Shown: positions 12,029 through 21,820 of the stretch, in pieces
How the letters are laid out: each line of letters opens with the position of its first letter
How positions within the stretch are numbered: the first letter of the stretch is position 1
Origin: Gammaproteobacteria bacterium
GTDB taxonomy: Bacteria; Pseudomonadota; Gammaproteobacteria; CAJXQU01
Length of the DNA stretch: 64,000 bases
NCBI GenBank assembly: GCA_965238175.1
Contig: CBDEGZ010000003.1
Span: forward strand, 2,048,001 to 2,112,000
Direction: 5' to 3'
Program-made: the position numbers and the translations under genes
The notes under the pieces: model-generated
Told to the model about the DNA's origin: nothing
Seen by the model: only the letters and a program-made list of their open reading frames with translations
Databases searched by the model: none

Positions 12029-12802
12029 TTAGGCCTGATTTTGAGTTAAGTTTTGTTCAAGGTTAGGCAAAATATTTACTTCTGCAGTATGGACGGCTGA
12101 ATGCATCAAGTCATCCGCGCCACGATCTACAAGTTGATATTGCATCGCAAGTAGTAAACTACCAACTAAACCAGCTAGAGTGGTGTACAAAGCAGTACCC
12201 ATTCCGGAACTCATTTGTTGCATGACTTTCTGCATAGCATTCAGATCAAGGTTTGATGAGTCTGCAACAGAACCAAGCATAAAAATAAAACCGACAATGG
12301 TACCTAGCAAGCCAAGTTTGATCATAGCATCGACAAAAAACCAACCGTAATCATGGCTCGCTTTTAGTTTGTCAGAATAAATTTCTGCGAGTGCTGAGTT
12401 ACTATTTTTATCCTTATTTTCGTTTGAAACTTTACTGGCCTTTATCGTATCACCAAGGAAGTCCGCTAAAATGCTAATGGGTAATATTGTTTGATCCGCA
12501 AGTCGCAATGACATGTTCTTTTGCTTATCATTTTCCAGATGGACAGGTTTGTTTTTATTCTTTTCGATTAAATTATTGGCTTGATTAGCTAGCATAATTT
12601 GCTTGGAAATTAGCCATGACCTAAATGCACAATGCAGTGTCCCGAGTGAATAAATCAGACATATCGCGATGGAGATTTTGCTCTTATCACTGGCAAATAA
12701 AGTCTGGAAGAGATCTTGATGCCACGCAACCACGATGCAGAAAAAAATAGCGCCAGTGAGTATTAACCAGTTGAGAAATAGATGATGATCTTGTTTATTC
12801 AT
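12029..12802 (-). CDS. MotA/TolQ/ExbB proton channel family protein
   Basis: KLGLLGTIVGFI and GMGTALYTTLAGL helices. Confidence 0.85.
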   Translation of the reverse strand: MNKQDHHLFLNWLILTGAIFFCIVVAWHQDLFQTLFASDKSKISIAICLIYSLGTLHCAFRSWLISKQIMLANQANNLIEKNKNKPVHLENDKQKNMSLRLADQTILPISILADFLGDTIKASKVSNENKDKNSNSALAEIYSDKLKASHDYGWFFVDAMIKLGLLGTIVGFIFMLGSVADSSNLDLNAMQKVMQQMSSGMGTALYTTLAGLVGSLLLAMQYQLVDRGADDLMHSAVHTAEVNILPNLEQNLTQNQA

Positions 12803-12846
12803 ATTGATTATTCTTATATTATTTACCCTTGCACTATATTAGTGAT

Positions 12847-12860
12847 TTGATCAAATTCAA
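12847..12860. promoter_or_regulatory. Possible FNR-type box
   Basis: TTGAT-CAAA-TTCAA, one mismatch to TTGAT-N4-ATCAA, about 45 bp upstream of the MotA-like ATG; AT-rich context lowers significance. Confidence 0.3.
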
Positions 12861-12933
12861 TTAATTATTATCTGCAACTCATTATATTGCCATGTTAGTA
12901 TTTAGAGGTAATGATTTTTTAACCCAACCCGTT

Positions 12934-13410
12934 CTATAAAGGTACTGCATTTTCTTCCAGAGCATATGCAACGATTTCACGTAGAGTGGCGTTCATTTTC
13001 TTTGCAAATTCATTCACTCTAGGATCCTTATGATTCAGCGGTAAGAGTATAAGACTGACGACCACGAAATCCTCTTCTTCATGCACAGTGACTCTACAGG
13101 GCATTTGAGCTACAAAGCCGGGATCAATATCCAAGACTTCCTTGGCAACATCTAACGAACAAAAATGGATTACCTCAATGTCTGGATAATTTTCATAACC
13201 TCTGTTACGTAAGCCCTTACCGACTGTATTCCGACCAGTAATGCGAAAATTTTTTTCAGTGATTGAGAAATCTAATTCTTGAATAATATCTTCAAACGTT
13301 TTTTCAGTTTTGAACCTAACGATCAGTTCCTCATTATCACTCTTCTGATCGACTTTTTCGGTGCAGCTTATGGAGAGAAAACAAAAAAGTAGTAAGCTAA
13401 GTAGTTTCAT
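12934..13410 (-). CDS. DUF302 family lipoprotein
   Basis: Lipobox SISC; IHFC...MPCRVTV motif. Confidence 0.75.
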   Translation of the reverse strand: MKLLSLLLFCFLSISCTEKVDQKSDNEELIVRFKTEKTFEDIIQELDFSITEKNFRITGRNTVGKGLRNRGYENYPDIEVIHFCSLDVAKEVLDIDPGFVAQMPCRVTVHEEEDFVVVSLILLPLNHKDPRVNEFAKKMNATLREIVAYALEENAVPL

Positions 13411-13444
13411 GTTTATCTATGCTTCCCCATATTAATAATCTAAA

Positions 13445-13996
13445 TTAATCAAAAATCACCACTGGCGTTCCGATTTTTACGAAGGTCCGTAATTCTTCAA
13501 TCTCTTCGTTTTTGATCGCAACACAACCCTTGGTCCAGTTTTCATCTTTATGCAGAGAGAGTCGATCCTCTGTTTGCTCACCGATGCCATGAATCCCAAT
13601 CGCGCCACCAAGATCAGTTTCCTGATTAGGGATTGTTTTCCTTTTTAAGGAACGGATTATCTGTTTAAACTCATCTTGATTGATGGTTTTCTTTTGTAAT
13701 CCTATCAGCGCGTCTTTAGCATTTGGATAATTCAGCTGCATAAAAAGATGAAAACGACTTTCTTCTTTAAAATGCAAAATTCGGTAGACACCCGTTGGAG
13801 TCATTTTGTCTCCCAGCTTGATTTTAGTCCCAGCTCCACCACTTCCTGTCGCAATGTGGTAGCTCTTTTTAAGTAGATGATCTTTCTTTAACAACATTAT
13901 TCGATCAGCTTTATATATTTCGATAGTGTAGTTACCGGCAGCAATACAGAACGTGTTAACACTGCTTAGTAAAAGGAAGATAAGGAAACTTTTCAT
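13445..13996 (-). CDS. L,D-transpeptidase (YkuD family)
   Basis: GDKMTPTGVY, IGIHG...WTKGCVA catalytic motif; signal peptide from ATG 13996. Confidence 0.88.
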   Translation of the reverse strand: MKSFLIFLLLSSVNTFCIAAGNYTIEIYKADRIMLLKKDHLLKKSYHIATGSGGAGTKIKLGDKMTPTGVYRILHFKEESRFHLFMQLNYPNAKDALIGLQKKTINQDEFKQIIRSLKRKTIPNQETDLGGAIGIHGIGEQTEDRLSLHKDENWTKGCVAIKNEEIEELRTFVKIGTPVVIFD

Positions 13997-14145
13997 TTGT
14001 AATTTATCTATAGTCCTTAATTTATAGTGAAAATCAGGAAAAATGACTAGCGCTTTATGATCTATAATCTGCACTGCTCTTAATTATAATTCTAATGCCA
14101 AGCGCTTTTAGATGCCATATATAAAAGGACATATACCTAATAACA

Positions 14146-14688
14146 ATGGAAAACCAAATAAAAAAATATAGTCTTGTCGCCATTGCACTACATTGGATCG
14201 TCGCATTATTGATCATTGGATTATTTGTACTTGGCTTATACATGGTGGAGCTACCGAAAGATGTTGTGCCTTCTGTTCGAAAACCCTGGTTTGAACTACA
14301 CAAATCCTTGGGCGTAACGGTTTTTATATTATTACTGATGCGAGTGTTCTGGCGAATGACGCACCAACCACCAGAATTGCCGGATCTGATCTCGGCAGGA
14401 CAGAAAAAACTCATCAGCATTGTGCACAAATTATTTTATGTTTCGATGTTTCTTCAACCAATAAGCGGCTATTTGTCATCTTCATTCAGTGGTTATAAAA
14501 CAAAATTATTTGGAATGCCTTTGCCACATTGGGGATGGAAAAATCCTGAATATAATGAGATCTTTACTGAAATTCATCAAGTCAGCGCGATGATCCTCTT
14601 TGCGTTTATTGTTGTGCATCTTGTCGGGATTATTAAGCATAAACTTAATGGTGATGGGAAGGCGATCTTACAGAGGATGTTGCCTTAG
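14146..14688 (+). CDS. Cytochrome b561 (CybB/YceJ family)
   Basis: LHW, HKSLG and further TM histidines. Confidence 0.9.
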   Translation: MENQIKKYSLVAIALHWIVALLIIGLFVLGLYMVELPKDVVPSVRKPWFELHKSLGVTVFILLLMRVFWRMTHQPPELPDLISAGQKKLISIVHKLFYVSMFLQPISGYLSSSFSGYKTKLFGMPLPHWGWKNPEYNEIFTEIHQVSAMILFAFIVVHLVGIIKHKLNGDGKAILQRMLP

Positions 14689-14717
14689 GAAACCAGTTTT
14701 TTTGATAGTGTTTTTTC

Positions 14718-15126
14718 TTAATCTCGACCAAAGAGTAATAAAAAAATGTGATCAATAGAAGGTTCTGATTGTGTTCCAGAGTCTTTTCTCACTGCAGAGA
14801 CCATTTCTGAGAATGCAGTTCTTTTTCATCAGTTCTAATTTTAGTACCCATTTTTTCAAATTTCGCAAATGATCGAATTACTTCATCTGAGCCATACAAA
14901 CATATACGTGATTTGGCATCAGATATTTTTGCAAGTATTTCTCGATTTTCTTTCGATTCATGGTGCCATGATTTAGTTGCTACTTCGGTAACAAACTTCA
15001 AATAATCTGTGTACGACTGGGTTCGTAAGTCTCGGTGGTACCTCTGTGTATCAAGATGTCGAGTAAAAAATACTGTAGTGTTGCGCCTACAATAAGGCCA
15101 AAAAATGATAATAAAGCAATTGACAC
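14718..15126 (-). pseudogene. Hypothetical N-anchored membrane protein with two homopolymer frameshifts
   Basis: GTG-SIALLSFFGLIVGATLQYF / TRHLDTQRYHRDLRTQSYTDYLK... / RTAFSEMVSAVRKDSG...FGRD* joins if one base is added near 15065 and one near 14824. Confidence 0.6.
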
Positions 15127-15152
15127 GAATTAGCTCCTCTTATTATATACAA

Positions 15153-16448
15153 CTATTCATTACTAGGGTTTTGATAAAAAACCCGCCAGATCCGCCCTTG
15201 AACAGAATCTGCAATATATAAAGATCCATCCGGACCTTCGGCCAAACCAACAGGACGAAATTCAGCATCACTCGGTGTCTTGATTGTTTTTGAGCCACTA
15301 AAACCATCGGCGAAAATAACACTTTTCCCATCGGGCAAACCGGCTTTTAAGGGTAGGTAAACGACTTGATAACCAACCTGATCATATGGCCCGCGGTTAT
15401 AAGAGCCGTGAAATGCGATAAACGCGCCACTTTGGAATTCTGCTGGAAATTGATCGCCGGAATAGAATAACAAATCATTAGGACTGTAATGCGCAGGAAA
15501 GGCATAAATTGGATCATTATAGGTTTCACAGCGATCGGTTATTTCCCCATCACCACCGTATTCTGGCGCAAGCACTTTTCGTTTTTTGTTTGGATCGTAA
15601 TAGCAATATGGCCAAGCAAAATCGTCGTCTTGATTGATCATTAAAAATTCTTCAGCAGGCAGTTCTGCACCTTGTTGTTCCTGGTAAATTTCAGGCCATA
15701 GATCTCGTAAACCATCGCGACCATGTTGGACTGCATAAAGCATCTGGTTGTCGAGATTCCAATCGAGTGCGTAAGTATTTCTAATCCCTGACGCATATTT
15801 TATTCCGTCAGCAGGGAATTTTTGATCAAGCTTGTTCACGTCAAACTTCCAGATCGCCGCTTGATAATCTCGCTGTGGACAAGGATCTATTCCCTCGGAT
15901 CCCACCTTCAGTTCCTCTTGTTGACAGGCATTAGAGGGGGAGCCGAGGTTGATATAAATCTGTCCGTTTTGATCAAAGGTGAAAGTTTTACCCGAATGAC
16001 TTTTTTGATCAGGAAATTGATCGATAACAATTTCTGCTGGCTTGTTCGGAATTAGATCTACATTATTTAATTCGTACTTGAGAATTTGCTGTTTAGCACC
16101 AAAATACAAAGAGCCATTATAGATTTTAATCCCAAGCCCCGGCTGATTGCTGATCTCTTCGATGAGATCTGCTTTTCCATCTCCATCAGTATCACGTATT
16201 CCAACCAATCCACCGCGTTCCAGCCATCGGTTACGTCGTGATCCATAAATATCCCCATTTTGATTGACGGCGATATGGCGTAAAAAAGGGATATGATCGG
16301 CGACGATCAATGCGCAAAAACCTTCCGGTAATATTAGCCCACCATTATCTGGATCACACAGTATCTGAGTTTGTTGAGAGTTCTCACAACCTGACAGTGA
16401 TCTAATTAGCCACGCCCCTATTAAAGAGATGAGAAATATTCTTTTCAT
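15153..16448 (-). CDS. PQQ-dependent sugar / L-sorbosone dehydrogenase family lipoprotein
   Basis: LSGC lipobox, LILPEGF, YASGIRN, FHGSYNR, RPVGLAEGPDGSLYIAD. Confidence 0.85.
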   Translation of the reverse strand: MKRIFLISLIGAWLIRSLSGCENSQQTQILCDPDNGGLILPEGFCALIVADHIPFLRHIAVNQNGDIYGSRRNRWLERGGLVGIRDTDGDGKADLIEEISNQPGLGIKIYNGSLYFGAKQQILKYELNNVDLIPNKPAEIVIDQFPDQKSHSGKTFTFDQNGQIYINLGSPSNACQQEELKVGSEGIDPCPQRDYQAAIWKFDVNKLDQKFPADGIKYASGIRNTYALDWNLDNQMLYAVQHGRDGLRDLWPEIYQEQQGAELPAEEFLMINQDDDFAWPYCYYDPNKKRKVLAPEYGGDGEITDRCETYNDPIYAFPAHYSPNDLLFYSGDQFPAEFQSGAFIAFHGSYNRGPYDQVGYQVVYLPLKAGLPDGKSVIFADGFSGSKTIKTPSDAEFRPVGLAEGPDGSLYIADSVQGRIWRVFYQNPSNE

Positions 16449-16488
16449 GCGGTCATATAGTATCATAGTGCGATAGAGACTTTATCCA

Positions 16489-17928
16489 ATGAACAAACCA
16501 CTAAAACAATTATTACTTCGCTATGAAATGGCTTTCCTTTTGTTGTTGTTGGTAACGGGGGCGTTGGGTGGTTTATGGGTTTACTACTGGCAGCAAACTT
16601 CCTCAGAATCAGTTCGTTTGGAGCAGTTACGTCATACCGCACAACAGATCCAAACTGACCTTTTCCGCCAGATTAAAGAAGTCACCTGGGCTCGACTTAG
16701 AGATGATCCTGAAGCGCTAGAACTTTATTCGAACTTTTCGCGCAAAATTGACGGCAATTTTAATCGTCTGAGAAAAGGCTCGGTCGTTGATGAAAAGGAA
16801 GCTGTTGAGCAAATAGCTGAATCCTATCGATTTATCGAAAAGGATATGAACAAGATCTTTACCGATCCTTATATGATCAGTCAGGTGGTCAGGCTGCGTA
16901 TGTTAGATCCTGCTTATGAGCGGAATATGGTTAGTCGATTTGAAGCGTCGTATATTGATCTTGAAAATATTCTGCTTGAGAAACAAAAAGAGCTAGATCA
17001 AAAGAGAGAATATTGGACGGGACTTGCGCCAATTTTGATCGCTACACCTTTATTACTCGCTGGTATTTTATTTTTGTTTTCCCGGAGTAGTATTCAGTGT
17101 GAAGTCGTTCGACCAATTGAGGCGCTTAAACAAGGTGCTGCGGTTATCAGTAAGGGTGAATTTAATCATACGATCCCGCAAAAGGGTGTGGCCGAAATGG
17201 TTGATCTTGCAGGCACCATTAATGATATGGCCTTGGAGTTGGCGAGCAATAGAGATGCCCTAATTGATGCTGAAAAACAGGCAGCATTAGGTGCACTCGT
17301 ACCCGTCGTTGCTCATAATATTCGTAATCCTCTGGCCAGCATTCGCGCCCATGCACAATTACTTGAATATGTGGATGAGGTTGAAGATAAATTAGAAATT
17401 AAAGAGGCAATTTTAGAAACGGTAGATCGACTAGGTCGTTGGGTCAGTGCACTGGTTTCCTATTTACATCCTTTAAAACCACTTAAAAAAATCACTCAAT
17501 TAACAGCCTTGTTAGATACTGTTGCGAACCTTCTACAACCACGTCTGGATGAAAAAGAAATTACTATTGAACATGATCGCTGGGAAGAGCATCATTCAGT
17601 TCAAGTTGATCCAGATCTGATGGAACAGGCTCTTTACGGATTACTTTCCAATGCAGTAGATGCAAGCCCTCAGGGCGGAAAACTCACCTTATCGGTCTAT
17701 CAGGATCAGCGCGATCTGAAAATGATTATTGCCGATCAAGGTGTCGGAATGCCGTTTGAAGCGAAGCCTAGTGATCTCGCACCGGGCCAATCAACAAAAC
17801 AATTTGGAACAGGCTTAGGTATTCCTGTCGCCTTCAAGGTATGCAACACTCACGGCTGGAAGATGTCATACGAAAATAACAATCCAAAAGGAACGCGAGT
17901 TTTGATCACAATTCCCGCATCAGTTTAA
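16489..17928 (+). CDS. Sensor histidine kinase (TM-periplasmic-HAMP-HisKA-HATPase)
   Basis: VAHNIRNPLASI H-box, NAVDA, DQGVG, GTGLG. Confidence 0.92.
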   Translation: MNKPLKQLLLRYEMAFLLLLLVTGALGGLWVYYWQQTSSESVRLEQLRHTAQQIQTDLFRQIKEVTWARLRDDPEALELYSNFSRKIDGNFNRLRKGSVVDEKEAVEQIAESYRFIEKDMNKIFTDPYMISQVVRLRMLDPAYERNMVSRFEASYIDLENILLEKQKELDQKREYWTGLAPILIATPLLLAGILFLFSRSSIQCEVVRPIEALKQGAAVISKGEFNHTIPQKGVAEMVDLAGTINDMALELASNRDALIDAEKQAALGALVPVVAHNIRNPLASIRAHAQLLEYVDEVEDKLEIKEAILETVDRLGRWVSALVSYLHPLKPLKKITQLTALLDTVANLLQPRLDEKEITIEHDRWEEHHSVQVDPDLMEQALYGLLSNAVDASPQGGKLTLSVYQDQRDLKMIIADQGVGMPFEAKPSDLAPGQSTKQFGTGLGIPVAFKVCNTHGWKMSYENNNPKGTRVLITIPASV

Positions 17929-17947
17929 TGCGCCATATGAGCTATAA

Positions 17948-19336
17948 ATGAACAACAACGACAAACAAAACACGCGCATTCTGATTATCGAGGATGAAGC
18001 CCTTTTTGCGAAGGCGGTAAAAAAGCGACTTGAGGTTGCAGGTTATCATCCTGAAGTGGCGGGCAGTTTATCTATCGCGCATAACTCAATTGACAGTTTT
18101 AATCCTGATCTGGTGTTGTTAGATATGCGCTTGCCGGATGGTTCAGGACTCAATTTCCTCAAAGAACTTAGGGAAAACAAAAATTCCAAGGTCCCCGTAT
18201 TGGTTTTATCGGCCTATGGCGAATTGGAAGATGCTGTCGCTGCGATGAAGCTAGATGCTTCGGATTATTTAAAAAAACCAATAGATCTTGATGAATTATT
18301 GCTCAATGTCGAAAAGGTACTCAATCAAGAAAAGATCTCGCGTCAGTTGGAATATTCCAGAAAACGCGAAAGTGTATCGACAGAAAAAGTCGAACTGCTT
18401 GGTGATTGTGAACAGATCCAAACGTTAATTGCACAAGCGCAACATATTGGGTCATTGTGTAATGATCCGGAAGTTCTACCACCGAACATTTTGATTCTCG
18501 GTGAAACTGGAACGGGTAAAGATATGGCTGCAAGAATGTTGCATGGCATTAGTGCGCGTAAAGACAAACCCTTCGTCCATGTCGATTGCGCATCACTCCC
18601 CAAAGATTTGATCGAAGCTGAATTATTCGGTCATGAAAAAGGCGCGTTTACCAATGCCCTAGAAACACGCACTGGTTTAATGGAAGCGGCGGAAGATGGC
18701 GTTATTTTTCTGGATGAAATCGGAGAGTTGCCGATTGAATTACAAGCAAAATTATTAGCCGTACTCGAACGTAGAACGTTAAGAAGGGTAGGGAGCACGC
18801 AAGAACGTCCGGTACCTGCCTGGATCATTTCCGCGACCAATCGAAATCCTGAGAAAATGGTTGAAGATGGAGAAATGCGATCAGATCTATTTTTCCGTTT
18901 GAATGTGTTAAGCATGGTAATGCCGCCTTTAAAAAATCGAGGCAAAGATATTTTATTACTGGCAAATCATTTTGCCAGACAAACCGCCTCGCGTTACGGA
19001 CTCAGTGAAATCAAATTCAGCAAAGATGCCGAAAAAGCACTGATGGAATATTCATGGCCGGGTAATGTTCGAGAACTGAAACATTTGATCGAAAGAGCAG
19101 TGTTATTATCAACAGATGGTTCAATCAATGTTGAAACTCTGATGCTAAATTCTCGTGTAGAAAGCAGTGGACAAACTGATGTTCAAGATCTTCTCAGCTT
19201 GACTCTAGAAGAAGCTGAAAGAGTCATGCTCGAAAGTGCATTAGATCGTGTCGATGGGAATGTTTCAGAAGCCGCACGGCAATTAGGTGTTACCCGGATG
19301 GCGATGCGTTATCGCATGCAAAAACATAATTTTTGA
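17948..19336 (+). CDS. Sigma-54-dependent response regulator (NtrC/AtoC family)
   Basis: REC domain, GETGTGK, ELFGHEKGAFT, WPGNVREL, Fis HTH. Confidence 0.95.
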   Translation: MNNNDKQNTRILIIEDEALFAKAVKKRLEVAGYHPEVAGSLSIAHNSIDSFNPDLVLLDMRLPDGSGLNFLKELRENKNSKVPVLVLSAYGELEDAVAAMKLDASDYLKKPIDLDELLLNVEKVLNQEKISRQLEYSRKRESVSTEKVELLGDCEQIQTLIAQAQHIGSLCNDPEVLPPNILILGETGTGKDMAARMLHGISARKDKPFVHVDCASLPKDLIEAELFGHEKGAFTNALETRTGLMEAAEDGVIFLDEIGELPIELQAKLLAVLERRTLRRVGSTQERPVPAWIISATNRNPEKMVEDGEMRSDLFFRLNVLSMVMPPLKNRGKDILLLANHFARQTASRYGLSEIKFSKDAEKALMEYSWPGNVRELKHLIERAVLLSTDGSINVETLMLNSRVESSGQTDVQDLLSLTLEEAERVMLESALDRVDGNVSEAARQLGVTRMAMRYRMQKHNF

Positions 19337-19558
19337 ATCAAAACCGATAATAATTTTTACATTTTATTAATTGCTAGTTATTCGGTAGATTGAATCTACC
19401 AAAGGGCGTGGTGCACTTAATGGCTGAATGTGGGTTGATTTACAGAAAAAAAGGCCGAAAGACAGAATTTAGTATTTGTTTGCATATAGACAACAGGGCA
19501 TTTACTCTTCCTCTGTTTGCTACATTTAAAGTGTCTTATCAACTTTATTAAGTCAATA

Positions 19559-20209
19559 TCAGTATAAATAATTCAAAATCAACTTTGGATGTTTAATTGA
19601 ACCATCAGCCCCCCAGTTCTCAGGTTTGTCTTTTGGCCCAAGATATCCAAATAATGCAACTAGGGATTGCATGCCCGCATTCCTGGCGGCTTGAATATCA
19701 CGTTCAGCATCACCGATATAAAGACATTCATGTGGTGCAAGTTCAAGCAATGTTGCTGCATAGATCAGCGGTTCGGGATGTGGTTTTGAATGCGCTGTTG
19801 TGTCACCACTTACAATACATTTGGTTCGTTGAGTTATTTTAAGTTTATCCATCAAGGGTAGAGTGAATCGTTCAGGTTTATTGGTGACAATTCCCCAAAG
19901 GATATTATTCTGATCAAGATGATTGATCAGATCTTCTATGCCTTCAAAAAGTGTTGTCTGTTGGGCAATATTATTGCTGTAGTTTTCGAGCAGTTCTTTT
20001 TTTAATTCGGCAAAACCTTCATTTTGCTCATTAAGATCAAATCCTAATTTGATCAATGCATTAGCACCATTGGATGTTTGTAGGCGGACTTCTTCCAAAG
20101 GCAACTCAGTAAGTTTTTTATCCGTACGACATTTGTTTAGTGCAGCCGCTAAATCTGGTGCTGTGTCGGCAAAAGTGCCATCGAGATCAAATAGTACGGC
20201 TTTGATCAT
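19559..20209 (-). CDS. gph: HAD phosphatase (phosphoglycolate / MurNAc-6-P phosphatase type)
   Basis: FDLDGT, TNKP, KPHP, IGD..RDI; downstream of ubiG. Confidence 0.8.
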   Translation of the reverse strand: MIKAVLFDLDGTFADTAPDLAAALNKCRTDKKLTELPLEEVRLQTSNGANALIKLGFDLNEQNEGFAELKKELLENYSNNIAQQTTLFEGIEDLINHLDQNNILWGIVTNKPERFTLPLMDKLKITQRTKCIVSGDTTAHSKPHPEPLIYAATLLELAPHECLYIGDAERDIQAARNAGMQSLVALFGYLGPKDKPENWGADGSIKHPKLILNYLY

Positions 20210-20374
20210 GATTTTATTAGAAAGAAAGTTAAGATTATTAGTATGGAAATTAAGGAAGTTCCCTCAATAAAAGTACTTAAGGTACTGTTTTCTTCGACCA
20301 TGTTTTTCGGTAAAATATGTTTAGTGAGTAAGTTACCTAAAGGTTGAAAAACTTCGATAATAATATCCACGAGT

Positions 20375-21079
20375 TTATTGTTTTTGAGCGCAGATCAAAT
20401 AATTCACTTTTAGATCTTCTGTTAGGGCAGCTTCACTATTGATCGGGTTGTATGACATTCCTGATAGATCTTCCAGATTGAGATCATGTTTTCTTAACCA
20501 ATTAGCTATTTCTGCAGGTTGGATAAATTTTGCATAATCGTGGGTTCCTTTCGGCAAGAGAGACAATACATATTCAGCGCCTAAAACGGCGAACACATAG
20601 GCCTTCAATGTTCGGTTTAAGGTTGATAAGAAAATGTAACCATCTGTTTTGACCAATTTTTTGCATGCAACGATAATGCTTTCGGGGGAGGGTACGTGTT
20701 CGAGCAACTCCATACAGGTGACGACGTCAAATTGTTCGTAATTATCTGCTGCCAACGCTTCTGCCGTTGAATGTAAGTAATGTACTTTTGATCCGCTTTC
20801 CATTTGCTGCAGGCGGGCAACTTGCAAAGCTTCTTCACTGGCATCAATAGCGGTGACGATTGCGCCTTTGCTATCCATGCTTTCCGCTAAAATTCCACCA
20901 CCACAGCCAATATCCGCAACAGTTTTAGGCTTAAGTTCTCCTGAACGATTTTCGATATACTCAAGTCGTACAGGGTTAATATGGTGTAGGGTTTTTAGAT
21001 CGCCTTTTGGATCCCACCAGTTTGATGCCATCAAGCTAAATTTGTTGATTTCGTGAGGGTCGATATTTGGATTATTCAT
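20375..21079 (-). CDS. ubiG: Ubiquinone biosynthesis O-methyltransferase
   Basis: WWDPKG..KTLH.INP, DIGCGGGIL, CMELLEHVP, LPKGTH. Confidence 0.96.
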   Translation of the reverse strand: MNNPNIDPHEINKFSLMASNWWDPKGDLKTLHHINPVRLEYIENRSGELKPKTVADIGCGGGILAESMDSKGAIVTAIDASEEALQVARLQQMESGSKVHYLHSTAEALAADNYEQFDVVTCMELLEHVPSPESIIVACKKLVKTDGYIFLSTLNRTLKAYVFAVLGAEYVLSLLPKGTHDYAKFIQPAEIANWLRKHDLNLEDLSGMSYNPINSEAALTEDLKVNYLICAQKQ

Positions 21080-21804
21080 TCGCTCATTATATCAACAATC
21101 GAGACGGTTATATTATCCGTACCTCCATCGTTAAGTGCTAATTTGATCAATTGTTGTACTGCTTCTTGAGGATCATAATTATTTAATGTTTCTTCAATAA
21201 CAGAATGGGAAACATGCTTATCAAGACCGTCAGAACTGAGTAAAAAACGATCCCTCTCGTTTAGCTCACTAGTTCCGGTCTCAAGTTGTAGATCACCATG
21301 AGTACCAATACAACGAGTAAGCACATTCGCTGAGGAATGCCGACTTGCCTCATCACGTGACAGCATTCCAAGATCGACATAAACTTCGGCTTGAGAATGA
21401 TCACGAGTAAGTTGGGTAAGTTCTTGATCTCTTAGCTGGTATAATCGACTGTCGCCAGCCCAAATGAAGTGACACTCGTCATCTACAATATGCATAACAA
21501 TAACCGTACTGCCATTAATACGATTATTCTCATTGCCCACTTCAATTAATCTGTTATTTGTTTTATAAAGTGATAGCTTTATTTTTTCTATTGATTCATT
21601 TGTTGATTCTGATGGGTTTTCTAATGAGAGTTCATTCACAGATTCAATAATAAATTGACTGGCAAAATCGCCTGCGTCGTGGCCGCCCATTCCATCGGCT
21701 ATTACCCATAGATTGGCTTCTGGTTTATCAAGAAAGGCGTCTTCATTATGTTTGCGTACGCATCCAACGTGTGTTGCCGAACATGATGCACTGATAAAGC
21801 TCAT
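21076..21804 (-). CDS. PP2C-family Ser/Thr phosphatase
   Basis: RKHNEDA, ADGMGGH, GDSR, SDGL, DNIT. Confidence 0.93.
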   Translation of the reverse strand: MSFISASCSATHVGCVRKHNEDAFLDKPEANLWVIADGMGGHDAGDFASQFIIESVNELSLENPSESTNESIEKIKLSLYKTNNRLIEVGNENNRINGSTVIVMHIVDDECHFIWAGDSRLYQLRDQELTQLTRDHSQAEVYVDLGMLSRDEASRHSSANVLTRCIGTHGDLQLETGTSELNERDRFLLSSDGLDKHVSHSVIEETLNNYDPQEAVQQLIKLALNDGGTDNITVSIVDIMSE

Positions 21805-21820
21805 TTTTAATGTAGGAAAC

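Noticed and set aside
11393-12802. Zorya (ZorAB) or flagellar stator interpretation
   Set aside because: No long ZorA tail, no OmpA-like domain in the partner, and no ZorC/D/E or flagellar genes
12874-12893. TGGCA...TTGCA as a sigma-54 promoter
   Set aside because: GG-to-GC spacing is 14 nt instead of the required 10
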